From the NCBI RefSeq assembly GCF_001194135.2, contig NC_069006.1:13200360-13239597 (forward strand): a stretch of DNA of 39,238 nucleotides, in the 5' to 3' direction. This DNA is from Octopus bimaculoides. Taxonomy: Eukaryota. Under the pieces are notes generated by a model. The model saw only the letters and a program-made list of their open reading frames with translations. It was not told the origin of the DNA and made no database searches. Shown here one piece after another: positions 36,358 through 39,238 of the stretch (its first letter is position 1; every line of letters starts with the position of its first letter). A program made the position numbers and the translations under genes.

Positions 36358-37590
36358 GTCCTTATGTGGTAATTAGAACTGGTAGAAACAGCAGCCGTAT
36401 CTCCTTCAAATCACCTCATCTCTCTCTCTCTCTCCCTCTTTCATACACACACATACATGCATATATACATTCACATTATATACACGTGTGTGCGTGCATG
36501 TATGTATGTATGTATGTATGTATGTATGTATTTGTAATATGTACATGATTGTATGTATGTATGTATGTATGTATGAATGTATGTATGACTGTACGTACTT
36601 AACGTATAGTGTATGTGTGTGTGTACAGTCTCTGTTTATACAATAATTTACCGGCGAAAGATCGCTCCGAACTCCCAAAGTAAGAATATCGTCGCCTTTG
36701 CAAGATCGAATATTGAACTGTTTCCTATAAAATAGTTTCCACCACTTAATAAATATAATTACAGTCGCAAAAATACATTTATCCATCGTTAGATGGAAGT
36801 TATTTTACCAATTTTGTGGAGTAAAACTAAACTATTTGATGTTTTAGAACCCTAGGCCAGCTCTGCCGGATTAGACCTATGATCAAATGATATTCCAGCC
36901 TTGCCTATAGAGCCTTCCTTTCCTTGTTTTAGGTAAAGTGTGATTGGTGAGCGATTTAACAGATATTTCTAGCAGGGACAGTGATGAATTAGAAGACCCG
37001 TCGCTGTTGTTTTTTAACCCAAGCCAAATCCCTAATCACACACATCCTATCCACGCAGCTTTTCTTTTTTCCGCTCCAGACATAGTATACGAAGGAGTAC
37101 ATTATCCAGCATGCCATTCTCTCTTTTGAAGACGAAATAATGTATTTTGAGGTATATTTGGCTGTTGTTTCCAAAGATCGAGCGTCCACGGACAGGTTAC
37201 CTCATAATTACCGCTGTTTACATTTAGCACCGAATCAGCCCTGATCAAGAAGACTAATGACCAAAAAACAGTCGAGCCGTGACCATCACATCTCTTGATT
37301 CGAAAGACAATAATATCCAAGACTAGATTATCCAAATATAATCTTCCTCCTATTTTTACGACAATAGAATGTCGAATGAAGGCTTGTTTAGCTGCAATTT
37401 CAAGCGACCGATACAGGCCCACATGTTGGTTACTCCTTAATATCGCTTATCATTCATCAAATAACTCAATATTTTTTCTTCCAAAACGAACTTAAGATTT
37501 AATCTAATAATGTATATATTCTACTCACCTATAGATGGAAAACAGCAGATAGACCAGGATTAACGTTAATAACAATAAAATAACATACAT
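5739..37590 (-). CDS. CYP3A-like: Cytochrome P450, clan 3 (CYP3A-like), 14-exon gene, about 505 aa
   Basis: The spliced product shows an N-terminal membrane anchor ([20 protein letters not shown]), GIPGPEP Pro-rich hinge, C-helix WKFLR, I-helix AAYENT, K-helix EVLR, FDPERF and heme motif [11 protein letters not shown]. All 13 visible exon junction pairs are phase-compatible. No family-level symbol can be assigned without phylogeny. Confidence 0.95.
6566..7210. mobile_element. Two SINE-B copies: plus-strand tail half (6566-6790) and minus-strand copy (6945-7210)
   Basis: Similarity to the 815-1183 copy. Confidence 0.75.
7281..7443 (-). CDS. CYP exon 13 (163 bp; [54 protein letters not shown])
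   Basis: gtttcag|G TTC ... GAG|GTTGGT; heme-ligand Cys codon at 7371-7373. Confidence 0.97.
7620..8389. mobile_element. Putative non-autonomous TIR DNA element (hAT-like CAG ends)
   Basis: Left CAGAGGCGACTCC versus reverse complement of right end CAGTGGCAACCCC (10 of 13). The interior appears CpG-richer than its flanks; no clean 8-bp TSD. Confidence 0.35.
8843..8980 (-). CDS. CYP exon 12 (138 bp; [46 protein letters not shown])
   Basis: ttcttttag|G ACC ... CG|GTAATA; HHDPxxWPxPxxFDPER motif. Confidence 0.96.
9626..9714 (-). CDS. CYP exon 11 (89 bp; [29 protein letters not shown])
   Basis: tgtggcag|GGC ... AG|GTAGGT; ExxR motif. Confidence 0.95.
9750..10185 (-). mobile_element. Two tandem SINE-C copies. 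Other copies: 1610-1730, 4330-4460, 8540-8680, 10480-10690, 12590-12810 (+); 34110-34545 (two, -)
   Basis: Shared core similar to 24571-24800. Confidence 0.75.
10208..10456 (+). mobile_element. tRNA-derived SINE family A
   Basis: A-box TGGCCCAGTGG, B-box-like GTTTCGATTCC, A-rich tail. Confidence 0.7.
11342..11496 (-). CDS. CYP exon 10 (155 bp; [51 protein letters not shown])
   Basis: ttgttag|AC CTT ... GAG|GTAAGT; I-helix and J-helix. Confidence 0.96.
11663..11759 (-). CDS. CYP exon 9 (97 bp; [32 protein letters not shown])
   Basis: cttacag|CCT ... G|GTGAGT; DILQxML H-helix motif. Confidence 0.92.
12826..13037. repeat. Older inverted repeat (about 80-bp arms, about 51-bp spacer)
   Basis: tagttatttaac...ttgtcaaagtcctt matches the reverse complement of aaggactttgacaa...gttaaataacta. 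Confidence 0.75.
13144..13274 (-). CDS. CYP exon 8 (131 bp; [43 protein letters not shown])
   Basis: Acceptor aag|TT GTC TTT CCA, donor GTG|GTAAGT; VFPFL F/G-region motif; phases fit. Confidence 0.85.
13648..14797 (+). mobile_element. SINE-B copy spanning an N gap at its internal (TA)n
   Basis: 5' half ends in (TA)n at 13827; 3' half resumes after the gap at 14546. Confidence 0.8.
15946..16094 (-). CDS. CYP exon 7 (149 bp; [49 protein letters not shown])
   Basis: ttttcag|A TAT ... T|GTAAGC; YTMDII...FG E-helix motif. Confidence 0.95.
16755..16843 (-). CDS. CYP exon 6 (89 bp; [30 protein letters not shown])
   Basis: ttttcccttcag|GCA ... CA|GTAAGT; phase 0 to 2 fits both neighbours. Confidence 0.88.
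16915..17150. repeat. Compound (CAT/CGT/CCT)n trinucleotide microsatellite
   Basis: Visible directly; source of the spurious poly-D/I/M ORFs. Confidence 0.95.
18643..18759 (-). CDS. CYP exon 5 (117 bp; [39 protein letters not shown])
   Basis: tttcctgccag|TTT ... GAG|GTCACT; WxxxR C-helix motif. Confidence 0.92.
18864..19360 (+). mobile_element. SINE-B copy with expanded internal (TG)n
   Basis: Head, internal microsatellite and tail all recognisable. Confidence 0.8.
19617..19897. repeat. Diverged inverted repeat containing hammerhead copies
   Basis: 19617-19668 (gcacttt...ggagatagccttcccacaacaaatgagggc) aligns to the reverse complement of 19841-19897. atcagtcactgattcc near 19717-19732 mirrors the core region at 19783-19802. 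Confidence 0.65.
19790..19841 (+). ncRNA. Type-I hammerhead ribozyme motif with complete core
   Basis: GCGTCA-CTGATGA-GGAT(taattct)ATCT-GAAA-TTGG(ccag)CCAA-TC-TGAGGC: stem I 5 of 6 bp, stem II 4 bp (G.U base), stem III 5 bp plus tetraloop, AUC triplet; predicted cut after 19835. Confidence 0.8.
20489..20700 (+). mobile_element. Possible Helentron-associated (HINE/DINE-1-like) element remnant
   Basis: tttttaccctgcgtgcgtaagc start, gtctgtatgtt microsatellite, then gaatggattttcagcacatttggcagaaa; resemblance only. Confidence 0.35.
20968..21332 (-). mobile_element. SINE-B copy
   Basis: Highly similar to 815-1183. Confidence 0.85.
23040..23430 (+). mobile_element. Penelope-like element remnant, GIY-YIG endonuclease C-terminal region (frameshifted)
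   Basis: Across frames: [13 protein letters not shown] ... [21 protein letters not shown] ... [30 protein letters not shown] ... [13 protein letters not shown]. This matches my recollection of the PLE pattern YIG-FKxRY-H-SF / W-IL / CxLCxxEK / LNKRxE-CRH. Confidence 0.75.
24571..24990 (+). mobile_element. SINE family C, young copy with tandemly duplicated 3' part
   Basis: AAGGCGGCGAGCTGGCAGAAACGTTAGC head, GGTCGACTTTGCCTTTCATCCTTTCGGGGTCGAT core; 24805-24990 repeats about 24621-24804. Confidence 0.85.
25035..25131 (-). CDS. CYP exon 4 (97 bp; [32 protein letters not shown])
   Basis: ttgttcag|G TAT ... CCG|GTAAGA; typical clan-3 beta1/B-helix segment. Confidence 0.93.
25225..25740 (+). mobile_element. 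Repeat family D, SINE-like with (GAT)n tail and internal GTGCCxxTGGCACxTAAAA tandem units. Other copies: 2475-2765, 4128-4270, 9330-9480, 18200-18310, 20100-20400, 22555-22870, 29697-29860, 31860-32190
   Basis: Conserved GGGCATCCAGCTGTAGAAAC...CCAACCCATGCxAGCATGGAA...GTTAAA-(GAT)n 3' end. Confidence 0.8.
26104..26191 (+). ncRNA. Type-I hammerhead ribozyme motif
   Basis: CTGATGA (26110-26116)-GCATAGG...CCTTGTGC-GAAA-CCAATTGG-TA: 10-nt palindrome ACCAATTGGT, GUA triplet; stem I is imperfect. Confidence 0.75.
26285..26830. mobile_element. Head-to-head SINE-B pair (minus 26285-26442; plus 26510-26830)
   Basis: Opposite-orientation copies separated by a short CA/TA tract. Confidence 0.8.
26965..27240 (+). 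mobile_element. Possible very old mariner fragment
   Basis: LTLGWEVVP resembles LGWEVLPHPPYSPD; the rest is degraded. Confidence 0.25.
28700..29560 (+). mobile_element. Mariner (DD34D) transposase remnant
   Basis: [45 protein letters not shown] and VPCPPYSPD motifs; frameshifted, with catalytic Asp positions degenerate. Confidence 0.9.
30036..30088 (-). CDS. CYP exon 3 (53 bp; [18 protein letters not shown])
   Basis: gttgcag|CCT ... GG|GTAAGT; similar to CYP3A ECHKKYGKVWG. Confidence 0.9.
30661..30912. mobile_element. Foldback/MITE-like inverted repeat (about 115-bp arms, 19-nt loop)
   Basis: 30661-30778 versus reverse complement of 30798-30912: about 7 substitutions and one 3-bp indel; TA-flanked. 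Confidence 0.8.
31086..31325 (-). mobile_element. SINE-B copy with internal deletion
   Basis: Tail fragment joined via (TA)n to the head half. Confidence 0.7.
32335..32433 (-). ncRNA. Type-I hammerhead ribozyme motif, sense to the CYP pre-mRNA
   Basis: Minus strand GCGG-CTGAAGA-TAGCTTTA...TAAAGCAT-GAAA-CACGTG-TA-CCGC: stem I GCGG/CCGC, palindrome ACACGTGT, GUA triplet; base of stem II is U.U. Confidence 0.7.
32811..32857 (-). ncRNA. Hammerhead motif in left arm of inverted repeat
   Basis: Minus strand CTGAAGA-GACCC(agactgat)GGCTC-GAAA-CATATG-TT; palindrome ACATATGT; stem I decayed. Confidence 0.6.
32942..32984 (+). ncRNA. Hammerhead motif in right arm of inverted repeat (GAAA mutated to AAAA)
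   Basis: GTAC-CTGAAGA-GAC...GTC-AAAA-CATG-TT-GTGC; mirror image of the left-arm motif. Confidence 0.5.
33617..33682 (-). CDS. CYP exon 2, 5' part ([21 protein letters not shown]...); 3' end lost in N gap
   Basis: Acceptor ttgttattttag|T TAT GGA and GIPGP hinge motif. A 94-bp exon would end near 33589, inside the gap (inferred). Confidence 0.9.
33779..34112 (+). mobile_element. Non-LTR retrotransposon RT fragment, R4/Dong-like
   Basis: MKKWK...[24 protein letters not shown]...[13 protein letters not shown]...[12 protein letters not shown], with a stop and a frameshift; clade assignment from motif recall. Confidence 0.85.
34555..36005 (+). mobile_element. Internally deleted Helitron (putative extent)
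   Basis: 5' A|TCTATTATAATAA followed by (TGTC)n at 34555, helicase remnant inside, candidate 3' TTCAG-CTGG|T at 36002-36005. The 3' hairpin is decayed, so the end is tentative. Confidence 0.5.
35151..35837 (+). mobile_element. Helitron PIF1-like helicase C-terminal remnant
   Basis: AIPAPRNE...[47 protein letters not shown]...RIPLIP...[19 protein letters not shown]...[14 protein letters not shown]...[11 protein letters not shown]; stops and frameshifts present. Confidence 0.92.
37529..37590 (-). CDS. CYP exon 1 (62 bp; [20 protein letters not shown]+AG), membrane anchor
   Basis: ATG at 37590, hydrophobic 20-mer, donor AG|GTGAGT; phase 2 matches exon 2. Confidence 0.85.
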
Positions 37591-38049
37591 TCTTTGGCTC
37601 TCTTCCTACGTCCTTGCTTGGGTTTGTCTTGCTAAATATCTTTCGTTTATGTTTTCAAATATACACACTGGCAACTGTGTGTATATAACTTGTAAAGTAA
37701 ACACTACACCAAACAGCTAGATATGTACATCTAATGTGAAGTAGTGTTGTTGCTTGTGTGTCTCTAAACGACTGGTGTGTGCCTGTTATTGTTGTAGTTT
37801 AGCGCTGATCCAGCACACCGATAAGACGGCTGGGTGCCAACACGGGGACACTTGACTGTTACTTTTAGTAGAGTTTGATTTTCGGTGTATCAGTAGTTTA
37901 TATTTATACGTGTACAGATAGAGGCGACGAAGGCATGTCTGACTGGTTAACAACTTCACTTAGCAATTTTGTCATTGCGGGTTCGACTACTCAGCTCGGC
38001 ATCTAGGACAAGCGTCTTCCATAGAATTATCTCTGGCTTCATTCATATC

Positions 38050-38850
38050 TTATAAGTAGCTTGCTTACCAACCACATGGTTCCGGGTTCAGTCCCACTAC
38101 GTGGAACCTTGGGCAAGTGTCTTCTACTATAGCCTCGGGTCAACCAAAGCCTTGTGAGTGAATTTGGTAGACGGAAACTGAAAGAAGCCCGCCGTATATA
38201 TATATATATATATANNNNNNNNNNNNNNNNNNNNNNNNNNNNNNNNNNNNNNNNNNNNNNNNNNNNNNNNNNNNNNNNNNNNNNNNNNNNNNNNNNNNNN
38301 NNNNNNNNNNNNNNNNNNNNNNNNNNNNNNNNNNNNNNNNNNNNNNNNNNNNNNNNNNNNNNNNNNNNNNNNNNNNNNNNNNNNNNNNNNNNNNNNNNNN
38401 NNNNNNNNNNNNNNNNNNNNNNNNNNNNNNNNNNNNNNNNNNNNNNNNNNNNNNNNNNNNNNNNNNNNNNNNNNNNNNNNNNNNNNNNNNNNNNNNNNNN
38501 NNNNNNNNNNNNNNNNNNNNNNNNNNNNNNNNNNNNNNNNNNNNNNNNNNNNNNNNNNNNNNNNNNNNNNNNNNNNNNNNNNNNNNNNNNNNNNNNNNNN
38601 NNNNNNNNNNNNNNNNNNNNNNNNNNNNNNNNNNNNNNNNNNNNNNNNNNNNNNNNNNNNNNNNNNNACACACATACATATATACGACGGGCTTCTTTCA
38701 GTTTCCATCTACCAAATCCACTCACAAGGCTTTGGTCGGCCCGAGGCTATCGTAGAAGACACTTGCCCAAGGTGCAACGCAGTGGACCTGAACCCGGAAC
38801 CATGTGGTTAGTAAGCAAGCTACTTACCACATAGTCACTCTTGCGCCTAT
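38050..38850. mobile_element. Two SINE-B 5' halves facing each other across (TA)n and an N gap
   Basis: 38050-38195 (+) and 38685-38850 (-) are near reverse complements. Confidence 0.8.
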
Positions 38851-38973
38851 ACACAAATGCATAAAATAATTTTTAATTCCATTAGACATTCTAAAATACT
38901 ATTAAATTTCATTCGATTTTAAGAAAGGTAAAATCGGACAGAACTTATGGGATGACCTGATATTTATAGGAAA

Positions 38974-39064
38974 CTAGCAGAAATACCCGGCGTTGCCCGG
39001 GTTAAAGAGAATAATGATATCTAAAAACGCCGTCTAGACTACGCATCATCTTTATATATAGAGA
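38974..39064 (-). mobile_element. 91-bp non-autonomous mini-Helitron
   Basis: Minus strand: A|TCTCTATATATAAAG ... ACCCGG-GCAACG-CCGGGT-atttctg-CTAG|T. It has a 5' TC, subterminal hairpin, CTAG end, AT target and no TSD. Confidence 0.85.
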
Positions 39065-39238
39065 TGTATATACACACACGCACCCAAACACACGTATATA
39101 TATGTATATCAATATAAATATATGAAAGTCAATGAAGTTTCGTAAAAGAAGGTGATCATGTACATACTTTCTTGCTGTTGTGATTATAACACCTCATTGT
39201 AAACTATGTTCCTTGTTTTCCCTTGTGGAGCATATACA

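Noticed and set aside
37682-37690. TATATA about 90 nt upstream of the ATG as a TATA box
   Set aside because: Too common in this AT-rich DNA, and the TSS is unknown.

Overview
AT-rich, microsatellite- and SINE-dense animal genomic DNA with many N gaps. The repeat content looks like an octopus-type cephalopod assembly (inference from recalled repeat motifs, not a database hit). The window holds one complete minus-strand gene, a clan-3 (CYP3A-like) microsomal cytochrome P450. I reconstructed 14 exons from ATG 37590 to TAG 5739 (about 505 aa; the 3' part of exon 2 lies in a gap), all with GT-AG sites and consistent phases. Intron positions match human CYP3A4 as I recall it, plus one extra intron. 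The enzyme has two unusual active-site changes: I-helix AAYENT instead of AGxET(T), and Pro at Cys+3 ([13 protein letters not shown]). Introns and flanks carry several SINE families and remnants of mariner, Penelope-like (GIY-YIG), R4/Dong-like RT, CR1-like and Helitron elements, including a 91-bp mini-Helitron. The main unexplained signal is a dispersed set of type-I hammerhead ribozyme motifs: six complete or near-complete, one cut by the window edge and two decayed. Three inverted-repeat elements (1-220, 19617-19897, 32765-33030) each carry a hammerhead core in both arms, pointing outward on opposite strands. All alignments and folds were done by eye and need computational and biochemical confirmation.
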